Source of the DNA: Weeksellaceae bacterium
Lineage (GTDB): Bacteria > Bacteroidota > Bacteroidia > Flavobacteriales > Weeksellaceae
Reading direction: 5' to 3'
Length of the DNA: 24,000 bases
Assembly: GCA_019459455.1 (NCBI GenBank)
Contig: JAIBEX010000021.1
Coordinates: forward strand, 197,576 to 221,575
The notes under the pieces were generated by a model that worked only from the letters and a program-made list of their open reading frames with translations, was not told the origin of the DNA and made no database searches. Shown here one piece after another: positions 9,401 to 16,442 of the stretch (position 1 is its first letter; the number at the start of each line of letters is the position of its first letter). A program made the position numbers and the translations under genes.

Positions 9401-10013
9401 CGCAATGGATGCGCTCCTGGAGCATCCCGGAGTGGATGCGCGAAGGATGGCGCTCATCGGCCAGTCTTTCGGAGGCTATGAAACCAACTTCATTGCCACC
9501 CGGTCAAATCGTTTTGTTGCTTATATCTCCGGCACCGCGCACGCTGATCTCGTACATACTTATCATTCGTTCAATTACAATTACCTTAAGCCCACCTTTT
9601 GGCGTCATGAAACTCAGCAGGTCCGCATGGGGGTCCCCTTTGCTGCCAATAAGCAGAAATACATTGCCAACAGTCCGCTCTACCATGCCGAAAAGATACA
9701 GGCTCCCATGTTGCTTTGGACCGGTTTGGAAGACCGAAATGTGGATTGGGAAGATACCCGAAGCTTTTATAACGCCCTGCGCAGAAACGACAAAAAAGTG
9801 ATTGCCCTGTTCTATAAGAACAATGGCCACGGCATGGAGCACGAGGATGCCATGATGGACCTAAGTAAACGCATCCTGGACTGGCTGGATTATTTCCTGA
9901 AGGGAATCCCCTCCGAATGGATAGGGAAGGAGATGGAGCAAGATAGTGGTCCGGAAGTGTTAACCGGCGGACCACGAATCAAAATGCAGATCTTGGATTC
10001 CACCACTTTATAA
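6450..10013 (+). CDS. Secreted prolyl-oligopeptidase-like (S9 / alpha-beta hydrolase) protein with two tandem catalytic domains
   Basis: Signal peptide MKQPTIKLLLLHLLLLSAILDAQ and N-terminal repeat/propeller-like region. Two consecutive C-terminal domains each carry GQSFGGYETNF (nucleophile), LLWTGLEDRNVDW (acid) and FYKNNGHGM (His). Confidence 0.9.
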   Translation: MKQPTIKLLLLHLLLLSAILDAQDRHENELAGIIARTEIPGHLKGAPGGRWVAWRKTYDTRNDTLRIQNTLKPARFFHRLHIRDYGFMRGDELWLLGKDGQAEWLNMDTGKAVRYSGVAAVQYLSARDLLLLHHTPDAGNRMVILDRKGRPVCTVEDVVRFTVTPEDTVLAVTGPKGGPYRVVKTAGTGPVQEVFRTDKEVTTTLSPAGAQGVLAIVADAGTRDAVFVESATGKVHRLSALVPGPFKSVVPELPAGGEGFLLKLISSAPPKQTELPDIWYGSDRNLQQKFYPDRTQTVIWHPARNTVDDFGGYRFSRSFGVNSGRYFLSFDETALQDYTELYPPLKMYRYDAVTGSHAVMDTISRELFADPNGKWLLAPVAGRIPVADYRDPKVARWHLYETAGGRKTVLNSAGLGAPYFTGSGTILFDGDGGIRSYLPAQNKLQMMAPFEGCRVKILNGTATALLQPFRFFTPAVNEDQPLLLEVTEKETGRVMFALRHRGITTVIVPFTADRITHFTPDAGLERFTWIRENHNKPPAVETATRSGKVRLLYASNANRRQEAALHLELTTYKGISGGNLKGLLYRPAHYEAGKKYPVVVHIYENQSRYANRFIAPTLKEFVGFNIRTLTEKGYFVYLPDIDYGEAGPGLSALHCVNRAVDALLENPAVDAGRIALIGQSFGGYETNFIATRSGRFATYISGNAPADLVHNYHAFSYNYFKPGFWRYETQQFRMGVSFAAGKQKYIANSPLHHAEKVQSPMLLWTGLEDRNVDWEETRTFYNALKRNDKKVIALFYKNNGHGMQHEDAMMDLSKRILDWLDYFLKGIPAEWIGKEMESRPVAHLTPDAAPESPAWIRENHNLPPAVETVTRSGRVRVPQAGNAHLRQEVALHLELTAYKGVSGGNLKGLLYRPAHYETGKKYPAVVHIYEDQSRFANRFIAPTLKEPLGFNIRTLTEKGYFVYLPDIDYGDEGPGLSALHCVNRAMDALLEHPGVDARRMALIGQSFGGYETNFIATRSNRFVAYISGTAHADLVHTYHSFNYNYLKPTFWRHETQQVRMGVPFAANKQKYIANSPLYHAEKIQAPMLLWTGLEDRNVDWEDTRSFYNALRRNDKKVIALFYKNNGHGMEHEDAMMDLSKRILDWLDYFLKGIPSEWIGKEMEQDSGPEVLTGGPRIKMQILDSTTL
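7998..9953 (+). repeat. Internal in-frame tandem duplication, period 978 bp (326 codons): copy 1 7998..8975, copy 2 8976..9953
   Basis: WIREN codons at 8034 and 9012, and GKEME ends at 8960 and 9938, both offset by 978 bp. About 85% amino-acid identity by hand count, no indels seen. Confidence 0.9.
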
Positions 10014-10170
10014 AAAATCAGCGGACTCCCTTGTGGCATAAAATGCCAGCCGGCTCCCTTTAGGGTAGGGGTAAAACGGCTGGAATTTTATTCCTTCCTC
10101 TTTGTACTGTCTGCTACTTAAATATCGGTGTAAGGGAGTTAGGGCAATTTGGGTGCACAATTCTCCAAAA

Positions 10171-10418
10171 GAAAACACGAACCTTTGCCCCGACCCTAAA
10201 GGGTGGTTTCGTGTTTTCTTACCACATTTCTCAAAAAAAATCAGCGGACTCCCTTCAGGGTTAGGGGTAAAACCGCTGATTTTTTTCTTTAAGCGTCTGA
10301 GATAAAGTCTGCCCAAAACTGCTTAATAACCCCAATCCTTATGAAAAATTCCAACCGACTCCCTTTTTATGCTGAGCCTGTCGAAGTAAGGTCTTGGGGT
10401 AAAACGGCTCGAATTTTT
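10171..10418 (+). repeat. Copy 1 of ~245-bp direct repeat flanking the DUF559 gene (three consecutive hairpins)
   Basis: Order and sequence match 10878..11121: gaaaa-hairpin, TTACCrCrTTTC, AAAATCAGyGG hairpin, AAGCGTCTGAGATAA(a/c)GTCTGCCCAAAACT, ATCCTTATGAAAAATTCCA(a/g)CCG hairpin. Confidence 0.85.
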
Positions 10419-10422
10419 GACT

Positions 10423-10821
10423 TTACATTTCCAGTTCCTCTATTTTAAGGCTTATCAGTTCAAGTACACAAGCTATATTTTCCTCTACTTCCTTATTGGT
10501 GAATCTGATAACTGCACAGCCTTGTTCCTCAAGGGTTTTTGTCCGATCTGTATCGTGCAGTATCTGGTTATCATTGTCGTGATACTCCCCGTCAATTTCA
10601 ATGATGAGGCTGTACTTATGACAATAAAAATCTGCAATATAAAGGTGGATGGGATGCTGCCTTCTGAACTTTAATCCTTTGAACTGCCTGTTTCTCAATT
10701 TTTCCCAAAGCATTTTTTCACACTTCGTAAGCGGATGCCGTAGCTTTACTGCTTTTATAAATCCCTCATTTGGTGCCCCCTTCCACATGCCATTATCATG
10801 ATTAGGTTTTATGGTATCCAC
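10423..10821 (-). CDS. DUF559 / Vsr-like PD-(D/E)XK endonuclease-domain protein
   Basis: LRNRQFKGLKFRRQHPIHLYIADFYCHKYSLIIEIDGEYHDNDNQILHDTDRTKTLEEQGCAVIRFTNKEVEENI matches the remembered DUF559 pattern FRRQHPIG.YIVDFYC...LVIEIDG..H....D..R...L...G..V.RF.N.EV..N. Confidence 0.92.
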   Translation of the reverse strand: MDTIKPNHDNGMWKGAPNEGFIKAVKLRHPLTKCEKMLWEKLRNRQFKGLKFRRQHPIHLYIADFYCHKYSLIIEIDGEYHDNDNQILHDTDRTKTLEEQGCAVIRFTNKEVEENIACVLELISLKIEELEM

Positions 10822-10877
10822 TGTGTATTTTTTTAAATTAAGGATAAATTAAGTTCACGTTCATTCAGTGGTACTTA

Positions 10878-11121
10878 GAAAATCCGAATCCATGACCCCG
10901 ACCCTAAAGGGGGAGATCCGGATTTTCTTACCGCGTTTCAAAAAAATCAGTGGACTCCCTTTAGGACTCGGGGTAAAACCGCTGATTTTTTTTTAAGCGT
11001 CTGAGATAACGTCTGCCCAAAACTTCTTACAAACATCAATCCTTATGAAAAATTCCAGCCGGCTCCCTTTTTATGCTGAGCCTGTCGAAGTAAGGGGCAG
11101 GGGTAAAACGGTTGGAATTTT
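10878..11121 (+). repeat. Copy 2 of ~245-bp direct repeat flanking the DUF559 gene
   Basis: See 10171..10418. Starts ~57 bp upstream of the DUF559 start on the other side. Confidence 0.85.
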
Positions 11122-11181
11122 CGCCCCTGGGCTCGGGCTAAAAACCGCTGATTTTTTCTTTATCCTCCCAGCCAACCACCA

Positions 11182-11216
11182 TTAAAAAAGGGCTGCTTCC
11201 GTAAAGAAGCAGCCCC
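11182..11216 (-). terminator. Rho-independent terminator of the 11222..13581 operon
   Basis: GGGCTGCTTC (11190-11199) / GAAGCAGCCC (11206-11215), followed on the minus strand by TTTTTT. Confidence 0.85.
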
Positions 11217-11221
11217 TTTCT

Positions 11222-11491
11222 CTAGTTTATCCTGCTGAGCTGCAGACCGCACATCGTCTCATTCACAAACTGGTACAGGTTGTGCGTCGTAACACCGTCG
11301 TCCCACGTACATGCCGGGCCTTCAGTCGTTGAGCAGTCCACCGGTGTTTCTATACACTTCACTCCGGGAGCTGCCGGGTCATAACGGAAGCCCTGTACAA
11401 TAGTGGCATTTTTTTCTTTCGCCACGCCTGTTGCAAATGCACTTCCTGCGCCGATTAGAATAACGGCTGCAGGTAAAATGAATCTTTTCAT
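11222..11491 (-). CDS. Small exported cysteine-containing protein, DUF6520-like
   Basis: MKRFILPAAVILIGAGSAFATGVAKEKNATIVQGFRYDPAAPGVKCIETPVDCSTTEGPACTWDDGVTTHNLYQ...: signal peptide plus GxxYDPxxPxxxCxET.xCSTxxGPxCTW pattern. Confidence 0.7.
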   Translation of the reverse strand: MKRFILPAAVILIGAGSAFATGVAKEKNATIVQGFRYDPAAPGVKCIETPVDCSTTEGPACTWDDGVTTHNLYQFVNETMCGLQLSRIN

Positions 11492-11515
11492 CTTTTTAAA
11501 AATTTAAAATGGTGC

Positions 11516-13027
11516 CTACTCTCTTGAAGGTTTTCGGCTTCCCCTGCTTTTAAAATACCGGGTAAGGTTCTGCGCAAAACGGTACCGGATAAGTTCACTG
11601 CCGGCCAGAACGAACAGATGTTCGTCCGTCGCCAGAAATTGTATTCGTTTAATATTTTCGGGTCGGCTGAGGTAAAAACTGCCGGTGTAACGTTGCTCTT
11701 CGGTGCTGTACACATCAATTACTGCGGCGCGTTTCCGGAGGGTTTTGTCTTCATGCAGCCCTGGCCGGTCGGATTCGATAAAGATCAGGCCCCCGTATGC
11801 CGATGCTTTTTTGTTCACGGTAACCGGAGGTGCGTTCATTTGTTCAGCCCCGGACGGAAGGCGTACCGACTTCACACGCTTCACACTGGCCGTATCAATG
11901 GTGTGATAGTTCGCGTACTTCCGCATCCCGTAATCGGTTCCCAGAAATTCATTCCGGTAGTAGTACAGGTAGAACAGCTTTTCCGTGGCGGGGTCCTGAA
12001 GCAACTGCCCGTCTGCACCGAATATACCGTCCTTACCATGCTTCAGAAGCTGCTCATTTAATTCAAGCGGCGGCTCTGCCTGCGGCTTCAGAAGTCCAAG
12101 TACATGGCTCCTCGTTTTGCTGCTTTGGGCACGGATACCGAAACTTAGTGAATCAATAACTTCAAGCTGGTCGAAATACGCCTGCTTATGACTCAGCGTC
12201 TTGGCTTCGGCCTGTCCCAGTTCGCCGGAATAGATAACCGGCACACTGCCGTCGTAAGCATAAAACCGGTTCCCGCTTACTGCAAGCCGTACCGACCGGA
12301 ACAGGTAGGGGCTGTGGTCAGGCTTGATCTTCATCTCCTGCAGCACAGTCAGTGCAAAGTCAGCGGAAGTCAGAAGGAATGGCGTTCCGGTGTTTCCCAG
12401 CCAAACCTGATCCTGTGCTGTTCCGGCAAAATAGTAGGCATCACCCGGCAGGGTCAGACGCTTTTCTTCTGTCACAGGGTGGGGAATATACCGCCTGGTA
12501 AAGTTGTTCTCCTTTTTAATAATATGTTCTGAGGAAAGGAACAGACCAACCATGATTCCCGCGGCGGTCACAAACAGGACGCCCAGATGAAGCCGTTTTC
12601 TGCGGCCCGTAATATGGTTTCCCGTTGCAATCCATATCCCTGTCGCCCCAAGTATCACACAGACAAGGTTGAATATAAGATGCTCCGTCCATCCGAGATC
12701 TTCCAGAATGCCTCCGCAGGAGCACGGCACAAAATCACTGAAATGAAGAATAAGGTAAATATAGACGGTGAACGCTACCATAAGGCCGGTCGCCAGATAA
12801 AGGGATAGGGTTTTAGTCCGCTCGAAGCAAAACAGCAGTACGGTAATAAGCTCGGCACCGATAACTCCGTACGATACAGCTTCTGCGTATGCACTTAGTA
12901 ACGGCGACTGTGCCAGTTGTACCTGAAACTCTTCAAATTCCAGCACTTTGCTTAAAGCGGCGTAAGTAAACAGCAGCATAAAGAAGAAGCAGATCGCCCG
13001 TACAGTATTTGATTTTATATTTTTCAT
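11516..13027 (-). CDS. MauE/DoxX-like redox-associated membrane protein with ~350-aa C-terminal (possibly beta-propeller-like) extension
   Basis: N-terminal four-TM region FFFMLLFTYAALSKVLEFEEFQVQLAQSPLLSAY...GVIGAELITVLLLF...HFSDFVPCSCGGILEDLGWTEHLIFNLVCVILG; the FVPCSCGGILE.L.W..HL.FN motif is typical of MauE/DoxX-like proteins of Bacteroidota. Confidence 0.8.
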   Translation of the reverse strand: MKNIKSNTVRAICFFFMLLFTYAALSKVLEFEEFQVQLAQSPLLSAYAEAVSYGVIGAELITVLLFCFERTKTLSLYLATGLMVAFTVYIYLILHFSDFVPCSCGGILEDLGWTEHLIFNLVCVILGATGIWIATGNHITGRRKRLHLGVLFVTAAGIMVGLFLSSEHIIKKENNFTRRYIPHPVTEEKRLTLPGDAYYFAGTAQDQVWLGNTGTPFLLTSADFALTVLQEMKIKPDHSPYLFRSVRLAVSGNRFYAYDGSVPVIYSGELGQAEAKTLSHKQAYFDQLEVIDSLSFGIRAQSSKTRSHVLGLLKPQAEPPLELNEQLLKHGKDGIFGADGQLLQDPATEKLFYLYYYRNEFLGTDYGMRKYANYHTIDTASVKRVKSVRLPSGAEQMNAPPVTVNKKASAYGGLIFIESDRPGLHEDKTLRKRAAVIDVYSTEEQRYTGSFYLSRPENIKRIQFLATDEHLFVLAGSELIRYRFAQNLTRYFKSRGSRKPSRE

Positions 13028-13122
13028 CAGTTTGATTTTATACAGTGTATCACATCTGGTTCACTCAGGGGCAGGTTTTCGCAGATCACCGCCCCCGATA
13101 CCTCTCTGTAATGGCGGCCCCG

Positions 13123-13302
13123 CTATCCGGGCCTGATAAGTCTCCACCGGACTTTTTTACCGCAGTAGTCCGGCATGATCTGGTTTTTAGCCAGTACGGC
13201 ACTCGTCGTAAGTGCTCCCGTTATTTCCCATTCTCCGGATTCCGGACAGAGGGTACCGCTTGCTGCGGTTTTGGTTATCGGTAGTTCTGGTGTCTTTTTC
13301 AT
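13123..13302 (-). CDS. Unlisted 59-aa protein with CPESGxW / MPDYCGKKVRW motif
   Basis: Translated by hand: MKKTPELPITKTAASGTLCPESGEWEITGALTTSAVLAKNQIMPDYCGKKVRWRLIRPG*. Below the apparent 60-aa cutoff of the ORF track, same strand and spacing as neighbours. Confidence 0.6.
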   Translation of the reverse strand: MKKTPELPITKTAASGTLCPESGEWEITGALTTSAVLAKNQIMPDYCGKKVRWRLIRPG

Positions 13303-13329
13303 GGGATTGGAGTTTCTTTCTGGTTTTCA

Positions 13330-13581
13330 TTATGGTACAGTTCGCCACTGCTGCCTGTCTTTTGTTGGCTCGTCATCTTCGTCACCGGTGTCGCCCGGTT
13401 CGGAATAAGCGGACCCTTGTGTGGAATCGCTTACTTTTTTATATTCCTGCCCTGCATTTTTCGGCAGGGCTTTCATCTCAGCTGCCACGGCTGGTTCTGG
13501 CAGTGGATGGTCAGTCTCCGGTCGGCAAGAGACGGCAAATAAGAGGATCATTAAGGTCGGAATGGTGAGATACTTTTTCAT
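13330..13581 (-). CDS. Small putative lipoprotein
   Basis: MKKYLTIPTLMILLFAVSCRPETDHPLPEP...: signal peptide with lipobox (FAVSC). Confidence 0.65.
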   Translation of the reverse strand: MKKYLTIPTLMILLFAVSCRPETDHPLPEPAVAAEMKALPKNAGQEYKKVSDSTQGSAYSEPGDTGDEDDEPTKDRQQWRTVP

Positions 13582-13852
13582 TTTGTTTAATTTTTAAAAG
13601 TGATCCCGCGCGGTTTTTTGTGATAGAATTCTGACCCGAAATTAGCCGCTCTGCTGCCGCAAAAAAAGCCTCTTACGGGCCGGTGTATGCACAGGCCCGT
13701 CCCAATGTATCCATTGGATCATATATAATGATTTGTCAGTCAGATAGTTAAATGGATTTGTCCTCAACGGCATGCATTGTAGAAAACAGAGGGTGATTTT
13801 AAATCTTTTTAGGTAAATTTGAATGCTGCACCACTCTTTTTCGACCGTAGAA

Positions 13853-15559
13853 ATGTTTAAAATTGGATGGATTGTCTGTTTTGCTCTTGCCTGCGTTTCT
13901 GCTCGTGGTCAGAAACGCACCGATATTCCTTATAAACAGTTTCAGGAAATCTATGACCGCTATCCGGAAAACGATGTACGCGGGCTGCCTTTTGTTCAGA
14001 TGCACATCGGGCAGGCCATAAAAGACAGCCGCCCCAAGCAGCTGCTCATTGCGTATGAAAATGCGGTTTTCTTTTCTACCGGCAGGCAGGACAAACTCAG
14101 GTATGCAGACAGTGCTGTTGCGGTAGCCCATAACCTGAAGGACAGCAGCCGGATAAGCAGGGCCTATTTGGGAAAGGGCATTGTCTATTATTTCAGTTTT
14201 CGCAGGTATAAGTCCGCACTCAATGAATATCTGAAGGCATACGATTATTCCGGTTCTGACCGCGGGTCCTACCTGCACCACAAGATCCGGTATCATTTGG
14301 GTGAGGTAAAAAGCTACCTTGGCCATTGTGAAGAGGCTTTGGAGCATTTTGAAAACTGCCTCCCGTACTTTCAGAAGAACATCGCAGCCGGCAACCATCC
14401 GAACGAAATCTACAACAGCACGCGCGGCTATCTGAACACCCTCCATCAGATGATTGTCTGCAACCAGAGACTGCGTTTGTGGGCCAGGGCCGATTCCCTG
14501 ACCGCCACAGCGGCGGCAGCAGTAAACCGGCTGCACGGATTTGAGCAGGAAAAGGGATACGTCTATAAGTGCCTGGGACGTTCTGCGTTCCGGAAAGGGA
14601 ACTACCGCTCCGCCATTGCATTGCTCCGAACATCCAACAGGCTGCTGGCGCGGGCGGATGATTTTACGTGGACTGCGCTGAATGATTTCTACATCGGTAA
14701 ATCCCATCTGCACATGAAGCAGACGGCGAAAGCAGTGGCCTGCTTTCAAAAAGTGGATTCCTCCTTCATTAAACACAGGTTCCTGCTTCCCGAATTGCGG
14801 GAAAACTACGAACTGCTCATTACACATTACAGGAAAGCAGGGCGGCAGGACCGCGAACTTTATTACACACAGCAGTTACTGAAGGTGGACGCCTTCCTGG
14901 CAGAAGATTTTGATTACGTCATGACGCGCATGCACAAAGAATATGATACCCGGACGCTTCGGGCAGATAAAGTGAGGCTCGAAAAAGCGTCTCAAACCCA
15001 GTCACGGATGATCACCCTGCTTGCAGTTACCGCCGCGCTCCTGTTATTGTTCCTGGTGTACCGGTACCACAGGGCGAGGCGGGTACATCACAAGTACCTG
15101 CAGCTCCTTGCAAAGCTGGAGGCTCTTCAGAATAAAGGGGGAACGCCTGGCACCCCTGCGGGAACCGTGGGACGGAAGTATGAATACCGTGATGAAATTA
15201 CGCAGGAACTTTTGGAAAAACTCCGCATATTTGAAGAAAAGAAAGGTTTTACAGCAAAAGGCCTGACCCTCCGCAAACTTGCCAGCAAATTGGATACGAA
15301 TGGTACCCACTTATCCTACGTGATTAACGGGTATAAAGGGATGAACTTCAATACCTACCTTAAACACCTGCGGATCAATTATATTACCCAGTTGCTGTAC
15401 AGTGACAGGAAGTACCTGAACTACACCATGGATGGCCTGGCCGCAGAATGTGGTATTGCCTCCCGCCAGAACTTTTCGGATCATTTTTATGAGATCAACG
15501 GTTTGCGGCCACGGGAATTCATTGAGAAGTACAGAAAGGAGAACCGGCCCGGTGTGTAG
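13853..15559 (+). CDS. TPR-repeat, transmembrane, AraC-type HTH regulator
   Basis: Start M11 (MFKIGWIVCFALACVSARGQ, signal-like), TPR-like region, TM (MITLLAVTAALLLLFLVYRYHRAR), C-terminal AraC-like HTH (LTLRKLASKLDTNGTHLSYVINGYKGMNFNTYLKHLRINYITQLL...MDGLAAECGIASRQNFSDHFYEINGLRPREFIEKYR). Confidence 0.88.
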   Translation: MFKIGWIVCFALACVSARGQKRTDIPYKQFQEIYDRYPENDVRGLPFVQMHIGQAIKDSRPKQLLIAYENAVFFSTGRQDKLRYADSAVAVAHNLKDSSRISRAYLGKGIVYYFSFRRYKSALNEYLKAYDYSGSDRGSYLHHKIRYHLGEVKSYLGHCEEALEHFENCLPYFQKNIAAGNHPNEIYNSTRGYLNTLHQMIVCNQRLRLWARADSLTATAAAAVNRLHGFEQEKGYVYKCLGRSAFRKGNYRSAIALLRTSNRLLARADDFTWTALNDFYIGKSHLHMKQTAKAVACFQKVDSSFIKHRFLLPELRENYELLITHYRKAGRQDRELYYTQQLLKVDAFLAEDFDYVMTRMHKEYDTRTLRADKVRLEKASQTQSRMITLLAVTAALLLLFLVYRYHRARRVHHKYLQLLAKLEALQNKGGTPGTPAGTVGRKYEYRDEITQELLEKLRIFEEKKGFTAKGLTLRKLASKLDTNGTHLSYVINGYKGMNFNTYLKHLRINYITQLLYSDRKYLNYTMDGLAAECGIASRQNFSDHFYEINGLRPREFIEKYRKENRPGV

Positions 15560-15593
15560 GAACGCAGTATTATTAAGAATAAGCGCTAAAATT

Positions 15594-16442
15594 ATGAATT
15601 CAAAACTGCTTTTCAGTAAATGCGACGCTCTATGGAAACAGCTGAATGAGAACACGGACCGGCTGCGGCGGGAGCACAGTGACTTTTTTGATTTTGCGGA
15701 AGGGGTATTGGCGGAAACGGACGAAGCGGTGCGGCAGCTTAAAGCGTGGATCACTACACATGAATTCGGCTGTTGGCAGGAGGAGGTGACCTTCTTCAGG
15801 GAGATAAAGCCCAGATTTGTTTCCCGCTTTATCTATTTTTCCCGCATCCTTTCGGTGGAGGCTTCTGTACCCTCCACAGGCGCGAAGGAACTGAGAAAAT
15901 ACTATGAAAAAGAACTGAATGCACTCGACTATTTTTCCTCGGAAAACCGGGATTTCATTAATTATTACCGTAGGAAAGCCACCTACCTGGACCTGAAGTA
16001 TTTTGTCCGCTTCCGTTACGATCTGAAAGTAAAACTTGCCCCCGATCTTCACAGCTATGATGAGAAATTCTCGACATCACATGATCTGACTGTTGCACAC
16101 ATTCTGGCTAATGATGAACTGGAAATCTATCTGCGCGGAAAAATAAGAAACACGGAAAAAACTTCGGTGGAAGAAGCCGCTCCCTCAAGACCGCTTCACT
16201 GGTCCGCCTCCAAAACGGCGCTTGTGGAACTTTTGGTTGCGCTGCACCACGCCAGGTGCTTCAATGGCGGCAATACCGAATTCTCCGAAATCGTCCGGTG
16301 GGCGGAGCGCTCCCTGGACATTGACCTGGGGCACTACCATAAAACCATTGGCGAAATCCGGAACAGAAAGATCGAACGCACGAAATTTCTCAAAATGTTG
16401 AATGAAGGTCTGACGCAAATGTTTGAGGAACTCGATGAATAG
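15594..16442 (+). CDS. RteC-domain protein
   Basis: Probable start M55 of listed ORF (ATG 15594). EEVTFFREIKPRFVSRFIYFSRILSVEASVPS...LRKYYEKELNALDYFSSENRDFINYYRRKATYLDLKYFVR and the C-terminal FNGGNTEFSEIVRWAERSLDIDLGHYHKTIGEIRNRKIERTKFLKMLNEGLTQMFEELDE are RteC-like. Confidence 0.88.
   Translation: MNSKLLFSKCDALWKQLNENTDRLRREHSDFFDFAEGVLAETDEAVRQLKAWITTHEFGCWQEEVTFFREIKPRFVSRFIYFSRILSVEASVPSTGAKELRKYYEKELNALDYFSSENRDFINYYRRKATYLDLKYFVRFRYDLKVKLAPDLHSYDEKFSTSHDLTVAHILANDELEIYLRGKIRNTEKTSVEEAAPSRPLHWSASKTALVELLVALHHARCFNGGNTEFSEIVRWAERSLDIDLGHYHKTIGEIRNRKIERTKFLKMLNEGLTQMFEELDE

Larger units (their letters stand above)
10012..11157. mobile_element. Candidate composite repeat element bounded by perfect 13-bp inverted repeats AAAAAATCAGCGG / CCGCTGATTTTTT and containing a DUF559 gene
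   Basis: Left 10012-10024, right 11145-11157. Each end resembles one arm of the intact hairpins at 10234-10286 and 10940-10992. No transposase recognised and no target duplication demonstrated. Confidence 0.4.

Noticed and set aside
10234-10286. Calling this hairpin simply a rho-independent terminator
   Set aside because: It could terminate on both strands, but multiple copies with a conserved non-stem centre and clustering argue for a repeat family, so it is treated as such in findings.
10008-10316. ORFs 10008..10316 (-) and 10102..10305 (+)
   Set aside because: Generated by hairpin repeats; no RBS-like context or motif.
13045-13568. Plus-strand ORFs 13045..13284, 13175..13408 and 13212..13568
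   Set aside because: Overlap on the opposite strand the better supported 59-aa and lipoprotein genes.
13799-14827. 342-aa minus-strand ORF
   Set aside because: Antisense to the AraC/TPR regulator; composition not protein-like.
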